64,000 nt of DNA from Nitrospirota bacterium (GTDB taxonomy: Bacteria > Nitrospirota > UBA9217). The stretch's first letter is position 1, and each line of letters starts with the position of its first letter. Shown here piece by piece: positions 9,539 through 20,016 of the stretch. Made by a program: the position numbers and the translations under genes. Below the pieces are notes generated by a model, which saw nothing but the letters and a program-made list of their open reading frames with translations, made no database searches and was not told the DNA's origin. Where the stretch lies: NCBI GenBank assembly GCA_963845065.1, contig CAWJQQ010000002.1, forward strand, positions 160,001-224,000, written 5' to 3'.

Positions 9539-10874
9539 CATGAAGAAGATATTACTTGTCATCGACGACGACAGGGTTTTTGCGAACGCCGTCAAGGACT
9601 ACCTAACCAGTGAGACCGTAGCGGTTCTCGTCGCCAACACGGCCATGGACGGCCTTGCTATCTGCCACCAGAGAAAGACCGATGTCGTCCTTCTCGATCA
9701 ACAGCTCCCCGATGCGGAAGGCCACACACTCTGTGCCTCCATACTGAAATGCAACGACCAGGCAAAGATCATCTTCTCGACCGCGTTTCCGAGCTTCGAA
9801 AACGCTGTCAAAGCAATTCGGTCCGGCGCATCCGATTACTTGTCGAAACCCTACGACCTGGAAGAGCTGGGCCTGGCTGTCCGACAGGCTTTCCGCACGC
9901 TGGAGCTGGAAAACGTGGAACAGATCCAGGATTACCAGCGCACCCGGGACATTGAGGAAACCGTCGTCATTGGCGGTGATGGACTTGCTGAAACCCTGAA
10001 GCTCGTTGATCTCGCGGCAACTACTGATTCGCCGGTTCTCATTACCGGCGAGACCGGCACAGGCAAGACCCTCGTTGCCAGAGCGATCCATTACCGAGGA
10101 CATACGCACAAGGCGCCTTTTATCAGCATAAACTGCGCTTCACTTCCCGAAAACCTCATCGAGGCGGAACTGTTTGGGTATGAAAAGGGCGCCTTTACCG
10201 GTGCCGTAGTGGCTAGAAAGGGACTGTTCGAGATGGCCGAAGGCGGGACTCTCTTTCTGGACGAGATCGGTGAAATGCCCATGCATTTGCAGGTCAAGCT
10301 CCTTTCCGCCATCGAAGAGAAAAAATTGAGACGGCTTGGCAGCGAATCGATCCGGCCAGTCAGCGTCCGAATCATTGCAGCAACGGGCATCAAATTAGAA
10401 GATTTTTTGGGCAAGACCTTCCGGAAGGACCTCTATTATCGCTTGAGCGTCATCCGGATGCATATCCCGCCGCTCCGGGAACGACGCTCCGATATTCAAG
10501 ATCTCTGCAAATACTTGCTGAAAGCACTTACTGACGGCCATGAAGTCGCGCTGCCGGATACCGAGATTGCCAATCTCTCACGCTATGACTGGCCCGGAAA
10601 CGTTCGTGAATTGAAAAATATTCTCGAGCGGGCATACCTGCTCCAGAGAGACACGGAATTCAGGCCCTCCAAGTTGCTGGGCCAGGCACCCGCTATGGCA
10701 CCTGCCAACAGCGAACGCGCCGATGCAGAAGCCCCCATTCTGACACTAGAAGACGTGGAAATGAACCATATTCAATATGTGCTCGGACGATTCGGCGGCA
10801 ATTTTACACAGACCGCAAAAGCACTCGGTATATCCTTGTCCACGCTCAAAAGAAAATTGAAAACCCCAGAATGA
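9525..10874 (+). CDS. Sigma54-dependent response regulator (NtrC/AtoC family); start may be 9540
   Basis: Receiver, GETGTGKT Walker A, GAFTGA, LFLDEIG, WPGNVREL and Fis-type HTH. Confidence 0.95.
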   Translation: MSRSNMKKILLVIDDDRVFANAVKDYLTSETVAVLVANTAMDGLAICHQRKTDVVLLDQQLPDAEGHTLCASILKCNDQAKIIFSTAFPSFENAVKAIRSGASDYLSKPYDLEELGLAVRQAFRTLELENVEQIQDYQRTRDIEETVVIGGDGLAETLKLVDLAATTDSPVLITGETGTGKTLVARAIHYRGHTHKAPFISINCASLPENLIEAELFGYEKGAFTGAVVARKGLFEMAEGGTLFLDEIGEMPMHLQVKLLSAIEEKKLRRLGSESIRPVSVRIIAATGIKLEDFLGKTFRKDLYYRLSVIRMHIPPLRERRSDIQDLCKYLLKALTDGHEVALPDTEIANLSRYDWPGNVRELKNILERAYLLQRDTEFRPSKLLGQAPAMAPANSERADAEAPILTLEDVEMNHIQYVLGRFGGNFTQTAKALGISLSTLKRKLKTPE

Positions 10875-11307
10875 AGACTTCCAGGTTTATACATCTTTAT
10901 TTCATGAAATCGTTAAAGCACTTCTTAGATTGACGTACTCACACCGTTAAAGCTCATGGGATCTCCCGCGCCATCTCCCTAACGGGAAGACGACTGGGAA
11001 CTCGTGTCGTAATACAATCATGATTGTTTCACAAAAAAGTCGAATGGTCCCCTTTCTCGTCAGTCCGATTTGTCCGCGATCATTTCTTTTTCAGTTCGTC
11101 ATTACTTCCATAATGTACTAGATGCACTTTTGTTAATGATCCGCACATATTCGGCATTAACTGAGCCACTCCATTATGCATCCTTTTATAAGCATCAAAC
11201 CCAAATTAATCACCCATCCAAAATAAACCGTTCAAAATGACCTTACCATAGCTAATATAGTTCAAATTTAGCCTCCTATCCCATTGATTCTTCACGCTTC
11301 GCTATTA

Positions 11308-11323
11308 TGGCATCAGCCTTGCT
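11308..11323 (+). promoter_or_regulatory. Sigma54 (-24/-12) promoter
   Basis: TGGCAT-CAGCC-TTGCT with canonical spacing, about 50-70 bp upstream of the next CDS. Confidence 0.8.
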
Positions 11324-11370
11324 TTTTAAACCATGCCAGCGTGAACTATCGTTACTAAAAGGCATTTCCT

Positions 11371-11781
11371 ATGACTGTTAGTTACATGTCTAAGATGACC
11401 GGCAGAAAATTGAAAACTGTCCTTGTGGTGGATGATGAGCAGGAAAACCTCCGTACGTATGAGGAAATCCTTCACGACATGGACTATAACGTCCTGCTGC
11501 AGCCGGACGGCAGCGCCGCGTTAGCGCTTCTCAGCAAAGATGCCGCCGTAGATCTCATCATTACGGATTTCCGAATGCCGGGAATGAACGGCATTGAATT
11601 CATCACGGAATTAAGACGTTGCCGACCTTTTGTGCCGGTAATCATGATCACCGCATATGGAAACATCGAGACCTATCTTCATTCAATCAGTCTTGGTGTG
11701 TTCGAGTATGTGCACAAGCCAGTAAAAAAAGAAGAATTCGAACGTATCGTAAAACGTGCTCTGCACGCTGCTGGCCAGTAA
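11371..11781 (+). CDS. Single-domain response regulator
   Basis: VLVVDDE, ITDFRMPGMNG, MITAYG, YVHKP; start could be a downstream ATG. Confidence 0.9.
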   Translation: MTVSYMSKMTGRKLKTVLVVDDEQENLRTYEEILHDMDYNVLLQPDGSAALALLSKDAAVDLIITDFRMPGMNGIEFITELRRCRPFVPVIMITAYGNIETYLHSISLGVFEYVHKPVKKEEFERIVKRALHAAGQ

Positions 11782-11810
11782 AGCGCAGTTGCAGTTAATG
11801 GGGTGCAACT

Positions 11811-12248
11811 ATGAACAACAACATTCTGCTGATTGACGATAATGACTGTATCTTGGAGACGCTCGCCCTCAGGTTTGGTGCGTATTTGCAGGACTGGAAC
11901 ATCCTGACGGCAAAGAATGGCAGAGAAGGCACCAAGATTATGTCTTCCTTGCCGGTATCTCTCGTCGTGACAGACCTCCAGATGCCCGATATGGACGGCT
12001 ATGGGGTAATCGAATTCCGAAACAGGAACTACCCGCTCGTTCCGGTCATTGTCATGTCAGGCAACGTTACATCCGAAGTGAGGGGAAAATTGCGGGGGCT
12101 TAACGTGTACGAGTGCTTTGAGAAGCCTTTTAATTTCGATAATTTGTTCCGGCAAGTAGTCGGCGTAATTAGCATTGGCGTTAATTCGGAGGCCGGCGCA
12201 ATACTCGCGAATTCGAACCTCAGTACGTGGCAGAGTAGGGTTGCGTGA
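11811..12248 (+). CDS. Single-domain response regulator
   Basis: LLIDDN, VTDLQMPDMDG, VMSG, EKPF. Confidence 0.88.
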   Translation: MNNNILLIDDNDCILETLALRFGAYLQDWNILTAKNGREGTKIMSSLPVSLVVTDLQMPDMDGYGVIEFRNRNYPLVPVIVMSGNVTSEVRGKLRGLNVYECFEKPFNFDNLFRQVVGVISIGVNSEAGAILANSNLSTWQSRVA

Positions 12249-12461
12249 CGGTCCGCGGTTGTGAAGGGAAGAGATAGGACTTTGTGATATCTGCAAATAG
12301 GCATGAGGAATTAACAAAATCAAGACAATATAATTTTTCAGAAAAAATTAAACGCTGTCTCAGATGAGGGGGAAGAAAAAGATGAACAGGAATCTTTCAC
12401 GAGAAGTGCATGAGTATAAAAGCACGAAGCAATCACATCATTTTTTTCTAAGGAGGCCGTC

Positions 12462-13433
12462 ATGAGCCCATGGGACCAGATGGTGGAAGAATTTCCCGGG
12501 ATTAATACCCGAGATGAGGAACGCGAGGAAGTGACTGATGATGATTCGTTTCACGGGCACGAAGGCCATGCCGATGATACGGCCCCTAATGACGTGGCTG
12601 ACAAAGGACTTGACGTTATCAAGTTTTACTTCAAAGAGATCAGGAAATTGCCACTCTTGAATTTCGAGCAGGAGCAGGCGCTTGCCAAGCGTGTCGTAGC
12701 GGGGGACGAAGAGGCACGCGCTCGGATGATCGAAGCCAATCTGCGCCTCGTGGTTGCGATCGGCAAGAAATATATCAACCGGGGACTGCCGTTTTCCGAC
12801 ATCCTCGAAGAGGGCAACCTTGGCCTGATAAGGGCCGTGGAAAAATTCGATTACAAGAGGGGCTTTAAGTTCAGCACCTATGCCTCATGGTGGATCAGGC
12901 AGTCGATCGAACGAGGGATAGCGAACCATGTGAGGATCATCCGTCTACCGGTCCATGTTGCTGAGATCGCTAATGCCTATATGCGCACCGTGCGCAAGCT
13001 GACTCAGGAGCTAGGCCGCGAACCGGCGGCGGATGAGATCGCCAAAAAAATGAAAGTCAGCATCCAGCGGGTGCGCGCCCTTGCCCAGATGTCGCGGGAC
13101 ACCTATTCGCTCGACATGCTAATCAGCGATGAAGGCGACGATACCCTGAAGGACGTTTTACACGATTCGAGTACTCCCTCCCCCGCAGCCGCCGTCAACG
13201 AGCAGGGGAGGCGCAAGTATCTCAGCGAGTGTATTGCAGAGCTGCCGGACACCGAGCAAAACATCCTCCGCATGCGATACGGTCTGAGCTCCGAGGCACC
13301 GCGAACTCTTGACAGTATCGGTAAACAGTTCGGCATCACCCGGGAACGAGTGCGGCAGATCGAGAAACAGGCAATCGGAAAGCTTCGGCACCTGACCAGG
13401 AACAGGGACATGGAACTGGTAGACATGCTGTAA
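12462..13433 (+). CDS. rpoS: Group 2 sigma70 factor, RpoS-like
   Basis: Regions 1.2-4 present without region 1.1; [29 protein letters not shown] (IER as in RpoS), [18 protein letters not shown]. Confidence 0.8.
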   Translation: MSPWDQMVEEFPGINTRDEEREEVTDDDSFHGHEGHADDTAPNDVADKGLDVIKFYFKEIRKLPLLNFEQEQALAKRVVAGDEEARARMIEANLRLVVAIGKKYINRGLPFSDILEEGNLGLIRAVEKFDYKRGFKFSTYASWWIRQSIERGIANHVRIIRLPVHVAEIANAYMRTVRKLTQELGREPAADEIAKKMKVSIQRVRALAQMSRDTYSLDMLISDEGDDTLKDVLHDSSTPSPAAAVNEQGRRKYLSECIAELPDTEQNILRMRYGLSSEAPRTLDSIGKQFGITRERVRQIEKQAIGKLRHLTRNRDMELVDML

Positions 13434-13584
13434 ATAGTTGCGTGAAAGAATTTGACAACAGGATTCATGGGTACAAATCAACAGACGGATCAAGAAAACG
13501 TTCTGTTCACGTAACTCTTTAAATGCCTTCGATCCCCCAAGAACGATGGTGCGTATGCACAAGCACACATCGTCTTCTCCCCCC

Positions 13585-13629
13585 TTCCCCCATTTGCTCT
13601 TTCGAGAGCGGATGGGGGAACTCCTTTTC
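13585..13629 (+). terminator. Strong hairpin, probable terminator after the sigma factor gene
   Basis: TTCCCCCATTTGCTCT-TTCG-AGAGCGGATGGGGGAA followed by CTCCTTTT. Confidence 0.6.
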
Positions 13630-14152
13630 ATCACCGTCAAATCTTCGTAATTTCGGCCACTGTTCGAGTGTCTCTCGTATGGTGATTTGTGACAGGTTCT
13701 CTTCTCGCGGACACCTTATTCCATGCAGGCCGGTTTGAATGCATAACCTCTTCTCTTAAACGCAAAGTGACGCAGAGAGATTTCAACGGGGTGGCATAGG
13801 CGTTGACAAATAAATAATCTCCGCTCATTAATTCGCTGCAAGTCTCACTTCTCTCCGTCCCTTCGCATATGAATGGGGTTATAGCAGCCCAGACCTCCTC
13901 AAGCAGAAGTATCATACTGATGCAGGATATAGCATAAAAGAGGCGGCCTCCATCCTCATCATGCTATAATTAAATAAATTCAGATGTAGTAGTGTCTGCT
14001 TTCGCAAATTCGTGACCTGCTCCTGACAAACAATGGCGCCATCATAGCTCTAGAAAGGAGACGGTGATCAATTGCGTCTGTCGTTTTTTGGTTCCATCTT
14101 GTCGGGAAGGGGATGCATGAGGTTAGGATTCAACTAACGAGGGAGGCTAACG

Positions 14153-14401
14153 ATGGTTACTGCATTCGCACTAATAGAAGTCCCTGCAAAACGTTCGGAA
14201 GCTGTTGTACAATATCTGAATAAGTATCCCGAGATCAAGGAAGCGGCCGCTGTCTATGGCGATATCGATGTGGTTGCCAAGATCGAGGCTGCTTCTCAAG
14301 CTGAACTTGACCGGGTGATCATGGACGTCATCCAAAGCAGTTCGGACGTCACGGCGACACGGACGCTGGTCGTGATAGAAAAAATACACTGGACGCGATA
14401 A
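14153..14401 (+). CDS. Lrp/AsnC ligand-binding (RAM) domain-only protein
   Basis: MVTAFALI...VYGDIDVVAKI...VTATRTL pattern; GGAGG RBS. Confidence 0.88.
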   Translation: MVTAFALIEVPAKRSEAVVQYLNKYPEIKEAAAVYGDIDVVAKIEAASQAELDRVIMDVIQSSSDVTATRTLVVIEKIHWTR

Positions 14402-14534
14402 CGGCCTTTTGTAAGAAACCACCCTGTGGCAAAGCAGGTGTAGCCCATCGGGATAACGATCAAAGGCCGAAAGACAAACCCTGTCCTTTGAAGGCTTTTC
14501 CTCATGCAAATAAAAGCATTTCGTTCTCAGTGCG

Positions 14535-14738
14535 TTATATCTTTACAACGTGAGCTGCCTTGGGGCCCTTGGGGCTTTCGACAATTTCAAACGTTACTTC
14601 TTGTCCTTCTGCGAGTGTCTTGAAACCTTCGCCCTCGATTTCGCTAAAATGCACGAATATATCTCCGCCCTCATCCTTTTCAATGAACCCGAAACCTTTT
14701 GCCTCATTGAACCATTTAACTTTACCTTTTGATGCCAT
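14535..14738 (-). CDS. cspA: Cold-shock protein (CspA family)
   Basis: [30 protein letters not shown]. Confidence 0.95.
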   Translation of the reverse strand: MASKGKVKWFNEAKGFGFIEKDEGGDIFVHFSEIEGEGFKTLAEGQEVTFEIVESPKGPKAAHVVKI

Positions 14739-15067
14739 CTGAGGTACCTCCTTTCCATAAAATATCCAAAAGCACGGAAGGGCAAAACAAAAAAGCCACG
14801 AAGCTTAGAGTCTCCGCGGCAATTCAAACTGCAAAAACTTCCTAACTTCTTCATAGATATTTTCACATTCTATCCTCCAGAAGTCAAGAGACAAGTTGCA
14901 CAGTCGGCATCGCTGTATCCTCCCATGGGGATGCATTGTACTTACTTCTGCTTCGATGTTCTGATATAATGGAATCACGTGCATCGTTTTAATTTCCGTT
15001 CGCTAATGAAAACTAAAGTAAGTTTCTACGGGCCAATCAATCTGCGAAAACGCCAGGTGATCACTCT

Positions 15068-17728
15068 ATGACAGAATCAATAAGCGGGGAAGCGCACAAG
15101 ACCATCCATCTGAAGGACTACCGGAAACCGGATTACCTTATCGAGACTGTGAACCTCGAGTTCGATCTCGAAGAGACGCATACTCGCGTCAAATCGCTAT
15201 TGACAGTTGTGTGCAATCACGACAAATGCGCAGGCATCCACGCCCTCGTCTTGAACGGCAGGGACCTGTCGCTTAAAGCCGTGAGACTCGACGGCCAAGA
15301 TCTCAGCGATCAGGATTACAATCTGGATGCTTCGTCGCTTACGATCTTGAACGTCCCTGAGCGTTTCACGCTCGAAATCGAAACGGAAATCAATCCCCGA
15401 GACAATACCGAGCTTACCGGACTCTACCTCTCAGGTGGGAACTTCTGCACGCAGTGCGAAGCCGAGGGGTTCCGCAAAATGACCTATTATCCCGACAGGC
15501 CTGATGTCATGGCACGGTTCTTTACTACCATTGTCGCAGATAAGCAGAAGTACCCCGTACTGCTCTCGAACGGCAACTTCATTTCCGGCGGCGATCTTAA
15601 GGACGGAAAACACTTCGCAAAATGGCATGACCCCTTTCCGAAGCCTGCATATCTCTTCGCCTTGGTAGCCGGCGATCTGGCCCGCGTCCGGGACAGCTTC
15701 ACTACCATTTCCGGAAAGAAGGTTGACCTGAGCATCTTCGTCCAGCACCATAACCAGGACAAGTGCGCGCACGCCATGGAGTCGCTCAAACTCGCGATGA
15801 AATGGGACGAGGAGACATATGGTCGGGAGTATGATCTCGACACATTCATGATAGTTGCAGTAGACGATTTCAACATGGGCGCCATGGAGAACAAAGGGTT
15901 GAACGTATTTAACTCGAAGTACGTCCTTGCCAAACCCGAGACCGCCACAGATGCTGACTACCAGGGCATCATGGGCGTTGTTGGCCACGAGTACTTCCAC
16001 AACTGGTCCGGCGACCGGATCACATGCCGTGACTGGTTCCAGCTCTCGCTCAAGGAAGGTTTCACCGTGTTCCGCGACCAGCACTTCATGGAAGACATGA
16101 CCTCGCGGGGTGTCAAGCGCATAAGCGACGTGAACGTTCTCCGCACTCATCAGTTCCGAGAGGACGCGAGCCCAATGGCGCATCCGGTTCGGCCAGAGTC
16201 CTATGTGGAGATCAACAATTTCTATACCCTCACGGTTTATAATAAAGGTGCCGAGGTGATCCGCATGATGCGAACCCTCCTCGGTCCCGAAGGTTTTCGC
16301 AAGGGCACGGACCTCTATTTCTCACGCCATGACGGGCAGGCAGTCACGACGGATGATTTCGCGAAGGCCATGGAGGACGCGACGGGCACTGACCTTCGCC
16401 AGTTTAAGCTCTGGTATTCCCAGGCAGGAACGCCCGAACTGCAGGTAACCCGAACCTATGATTCGAAGGCAAAGACCTATGCGCTCACCATCAGGCAAAC
16501 CTGCCCCCCTACGCCGGGCCAGGACAAGAAGAAACCCTTTCATATCCCCGTAGCTATTGGTTTGCTTGGAGAAGACGGACAAGACTTGGCGTTAAGGCTT
16601 GAGGGGAGGACGGGGAAACAGAGTGATGAAAGGACGAAAGTGCTCCAAATAAGGAATGCAGAGGAAAAGTTCATCTTCACCGACATCCCCCATAAACCAG
16701 TGCCATCGGTTCTTCGCCATTTTTCAGCACCGGTAAAAGTGAGCATCGATCTCACTGATGATGAACGGTTGTTTCTCATGGCCTACGATTCCGATGAGTT
16801 CAACCGATGGGACGCAGGACAGCAGCTTGCGGTCAAGCTGATTCTTCAGTTGATCAGGGACTTCCAGCAGGGCAAAAAGCTCAAGCTGCCGTCAACGTTC
16901 ATCAACGCCTTCAACAAAATTCTCGAAACTTCCATGGATGATAAGGCTTTCCAGTCATTCGCCCTTTCGCTTCCTCCGGAGACCTACCTTGCCGATTTCA
17001 TGGAGGTGATCGACCCGACGGCCATCCACGAGGCACGGAAGTCTTTGCAAAGTGCGCTGGCAATGGAACTCAGGGAAACTTTTTTTGCCGTCTATTATAC
17101 GAACCAGGATGCAGGGCCATATAATGCAGACCAGGTATCCGTCGGAAGGAGAAGCCTTAAGAATATCTGCCTTTCTTATCTCATGGAGCTGGATGAACCC
17201 GGCATCCGCAAGCTCTGCATGGAACAGCTCAGGACAGCGGATAACATGACCGATGTAATGGCAAGCCTCGCGAACGTTGCGAACACCGACTGCCCGGAGC
17301 GACCCGATGCGCTTTCAGGGTTTTACGAAATATGGAAGGACGACCCACTCGTCATGGACAAGTGGCTTTCGATTCAGGCCCTGTCGCGCATTCCTAAGAC
17401 CCTCAAGACAGTAAAAGCGCTCATGAAAAATCCGGTATTCAACATAAAAAACCCGAACAAAGTCCGCTCCCTGATCGGCGCCTTTTCAGCCAATTCCGTC
17501 CGGTTCCATGACCCGAGCGGCGAAGGTTATGCATTCCTGGCAGACCAGGTCCTCGCGATCGATCCCATGAATCCCCAAATTGCCGCACGTCTTGTCTCGG
17601 CCTTCACCATGTGGAAACGATATGACAAAAACAGGCAGGAGCTCATGAAAGAGCAGCTTGAAAGGATGCTGAACGCTCCGAAGTTGTCGAAGGACGTGCA
17701 TGAGATCGTGTCGAAAAGTCTGGCATGA
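15068..17728 (+). CDS. pepN: Aminopeptidase N (M1 family)
   Basis: GAMENKG, HEYFH...E zinc motif, NPNKVRSL C-terminal region. Confidence 0.97.
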   Translation: MTESISGEAHKTIHLKDYRKPDYLIETVNLEFDLEETHTRVKSLLTVVCNHDKCAGIHALVLNGRDLSLKAVRLDGQDLSDQDYNLDASSLTILNVPERFTLEIETEINPRDNTELTGLYLSGGNFCTQCEAEGFRKMTYYPDRPDVMARFFTTIVADKQKYPVLLSNGNFISGGDLKDGKHFAKWHDPFPKPAYLFALVAGDLARVRDSFTTISGKKVDLSIFVQHHNQDKCAHAMESLKLAMKWDEETYGREYDLDTFMIVAVDDFNMGAMENKGLNVFNSKYVLAKPETATDADYQGIMGVVGHEYFHNWSGDRITCRDWFQLSLKEGFTVFRDQHFMEDMTSRGVKRISDVNVLRTHQFREDASPMAHPVRPESYVEINNFYTLTVYNKGAEVIRMMRTLLGPEGFRKGTDLYFSRHDGQAVTTDDFAKAMEDATGTDLRQFKLWYSQAGTPELQVTRTYDSKAKTYALTIRQTCPPTPGQDKKKPFHIPVAIGLLGEDGQDLALRLEGRTGKQSDERTKVLQIRNAEEKFIFTDIPHKPVPSVLRHFSAPVKVSIDLTDDERLFLMAYDSDEFNRWDAGQQLAVKLILQLIRDFQQGKKLKLPSTFINAFNKILETSMDDKAFQSFALSLPPETYLADFMEVIDPTAIHEARKSLQSALAMELRETFFAVYYTNQDAGPYNADQVSVGRRSLKNICLSYLMELDEPGIRKLCMEQLRTADNMTDVMASLANVANTDCPERPDALSGFYEIWKDDPLVMDKWLSIQALSRIPKTLKTVKALMKNPVFNIKNPNKVRSLIGAFSANSVRFHDPSGEGYAFLADQVLAIDPMNPQIAARLVSAFTMWKRYDKNRQELMKEQLERMLNAPKLSKDVHEIVSKSLA

Positions 17729-17814
17729 TCACTAGGCAGAAAAGCTGCAGTGCACGGTGTTTTGTATGATTCACATCCGTATTTTGTGCCTCAAACTTCC
17801 TGTGCCACTGTAGG

Positions 17815-18228
17815 TCAGGCGTTTATTTCAGGATTACCACTCGTCATCCAATCGTTCATTACTTGCTCCAACTCTCTTCTGAAGTGATCGATATCTACGG
17901 CTTTGTGAAGAAAACTGTTCGCACCTGCTTTATAGGATGCTTCTCTATCCGATTCCAGTTCCGAATGGGTGACGATGACAACAGGTAGGAAGCGCAGACG
18001 TTCATCGTCCCGAATTTTTCGCAGCACCTCGATGCCGTCCAGCTTTGGCATCTTTAAATCGAGCAAGACCAGAGAAGGCAGCGCACTTGTGCAGCGGAGG
18101 AGCGCAAGCCCGGCCTCCCCGTTCAAGGCCGTATCGGTCTTGATCTTTCTCTCAATTTTCGCCAGAACCATTTTTGTCAGCAGGATATCGTCCTCGCTGT
18201 CATCGATTATGAGCACTGATCGTTCCAT
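17815..18228 (-). CDS. Single-domain response regulator (Rcp1-like)
   Basis: LIIDDSEDD, LLDLKMP, GANSFLHK; ATG at 18228 after GGAGG. Confidence 0.9.
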   Translation of the reverse strand: MERSVLIIDDSEDDILLTKMVLAKIERKIKTDTALNGEAGLALLRCTSALPSLVLLDLKMPKLDGIEVLRKIRDDERLRFLPVVIVTHSELESDREASYKAGANSFLHKAVDIDHFRRELEQVMNDWMTSGNPEINA

Positions 18229-18335
18229 TTTTATCGTCCTCCGCACGTAAAGTCCTGAGTCTCTGGTAGCACGCCTGAAGTCAGAAGTCCCAACTGAACA
18301 GAAGAAGAGGCCCGAGACTGTTATTATTCTTGTAG

Positions 18336-19874
18336 CTAGGCCCCCAGCGTGAAAAACACCGTCGCCCCTTTCCCAACTTCCCCTTCCGCCCAAACCCTTC
18401 CGCCGTGGCGATTAATGATACGCTTCACCGTTGCGAGGCCGATGCCGGTCCCAAAAAACTCTTCCTGCGTGTGAAGACGGAGGAAGGAAGTAAAAAGCTT
18501 TCCGGCAAACCGATTATCGAACCCCGCCCCGTTGTCTTTTACAAAAAAGGAGGGACCGAATTTACTGTCGATCAGCCCGAACTCTATGACGGCCTGAGAG
18601 AGCTTGCCCGTGAACTTCCACGCATTGCCGAGCAGATTCTCAAGTGCTATGATCATGAGGCGCTCGTCGCAGAGAGCAGAAAGGCCGGCGGCTATCACAA
18701 ATTGCACGTCCCGTTCGGGTTCAGCAGCGCGGAGCTCATCGGCAATACTGCTGGCCAGTGCACTCAGGTCTATCCGTACACGTTTAATATCGAAACGAGA
18801 CACCCGGGAAAGGTCCAGCAGGTCGTTGATAAGCGCCTCCATCCTGTGGCACCCCGCCATGACCCGCCCGAGATAATCCATTCCCGTGGCATCAAGTTTT
18901 TCCGCATACTCATCGCGGAGGGCATTACTGAAGCCTGCGATGCTCCGGAGCGGAGCCCGCAGGTCATGGGAGACCGAGTAGCTGAACGCCTCAAGTTCCG
19001 TATTGACGTCGGCGAGCTCCGACGTTCTTTTTTTCACCAAGTCCTCAAGGTGGGCGCGATCCTTGTTCAACTCCCGTTCGTTCTGCAAACGTTCCGAGGT
19101 TGCGCCCGCCAGGCCAGCGATGGCAAGATAGATATTCAGCAGTGCATTCGGAAGCGGATCAACTGCCTTATGGCCGATCAGCATGACCTGTCCGGTCCGG
19201 GGCCCTTCCGCAACGGGAAGGAAAACAGTCATCGAAGGTTCCGGAGTGAAAATAATGCGCGTTGCCAGAAAACCGCTCTCCAGCACGTCCAAGACGAGGG
19301 CGCGCACGTCTTCCATAAGAATACGCTCTGCGGCGACCACATCGTTAAGAGTACTGTGATGAATCGAGATATCGGAAAGGTCGTCCCGCCTCACAAAGGC
19401 GGTCCAATTTGCGGGGAAGTGAGTCGTAATGAACTTCCCCAAATAATCCCAGACGTCATACTGTGTATTGAGCCGGACGATGTACTGGGCCGCCTTGACG
19501 AAGGCCTCGAACAATCGCGGATTGCCGTATCGGACATCACTCATGAGCCAATCGCCTTGAGATTCATCAGATGCTGGTTCTCCTGAGACTGCATAGTGAA
19601 GCCGGATGCGAAGATCCTCGTGCGGCATCACCTGGCAGGCGAGTCGCAGGCTCTTCTTAAACTGTTCGGGTGACAACGTAAGCCGCTCGATCTTCGTCGG
19701 ATCATTGACGGTTCCCTCCTTGACCTGCACAAGGCAGAATCCGCACGCCCCGTTCCCACGGCAGCCGGAGCGGACGTGAATGCCGGCAGCGTCGAGGATC
19801 CCGCGCACGGAAGACCCGGGAGAATAGGGCAGTACGCTCGTACCCTTGTTGCCTATGACGGTGAGGTTCGGCAT
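18336..19874 (-). CDS. Histidine kinase with N-terminal [2Fe-2S] ferredoxin domain and GAF-like middle domain
   Basis: CRGNGACGFC...RLACQ motif, then a ~150-aa GAF-like region, YSVSHDLRAPL, DNGAGF and GTGIGL; no TM helix seen. Confidence 0.85.
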   Translation of the reverse strand: MPNLTVIGNKGTSVLPYSPGSSVRGILDAAGIHVRSGCRGNGACGFCLVQVKEGTVNDPTKIERLTLSPEQFKKSLRLACQVMPHEDLRIRLHYAVSGEPASDESQGDWLMSDVRYGNPRLFEAFVKAAQYIVRLNTQYDVWDYLGKFITTHFPANWTAFVRRDDLSDISIHHSTLNDVVAAERILMEDVRALVLDVLESGFLATRIIFTPEPSMTVFLPVAEGPRTGQVMLIGHKAVDPLPNALLNIYLAIAGLAGATSERLQNERELNKDRAHLEDLVKKRTSELADVNTELEAFSYSVSHDLRAPLRSIAGFSNALRDEYAEKLDATGMDYLGRVMAGCHRMEALINDLLDLSRVSRFDIKRVRIDLSALASSIADELRAAEPERDVQFVIAAGLSALCDERLMIIALENLLGNAWKFTGKLSQAVIEFGLIDSKFGPSFFVKDNGAGFDNRFAGKLFTSFLRLHTQEEFFGTGIGLATVKRIINRHGGRVWAEGEVGKGATVFFTLGA

Positions 19875-20016
19875 ATCTTCATTTCCTGAATCTACTGATC
19901 CTCCAGCGCGGAACACACAGACAAACATCCTCTGAATCTTGTCTTTTTGAATCTCTGTGGCGAAGCCCCATTTTCCCTTCGGGGCCGTGACTGCAGTTTC
20001 TGATCCTCCTGCACAG

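Noticed and set aside
10930..10970. Possible degenerate IS605 right end (TTGACGTACTCACACCGTTAAAGCTCATGGGA)
   Set aside because: The hairpin is too mismatched and no partner end was found.
14405..14530. Riboswitch-like look (GGCAAA, GAAA) between convergent genes
   Set aside because: It lies 3' of both flanking genes, and I could not build the c-di-GMP-I or any other consensus fold. An Infernal/Rfam scan would settle it.
18405..19586. 393-aa plus-strand ORF
   Set aside because: It is the antisense shadow of the histidine kinase and has no recognisable motifs.
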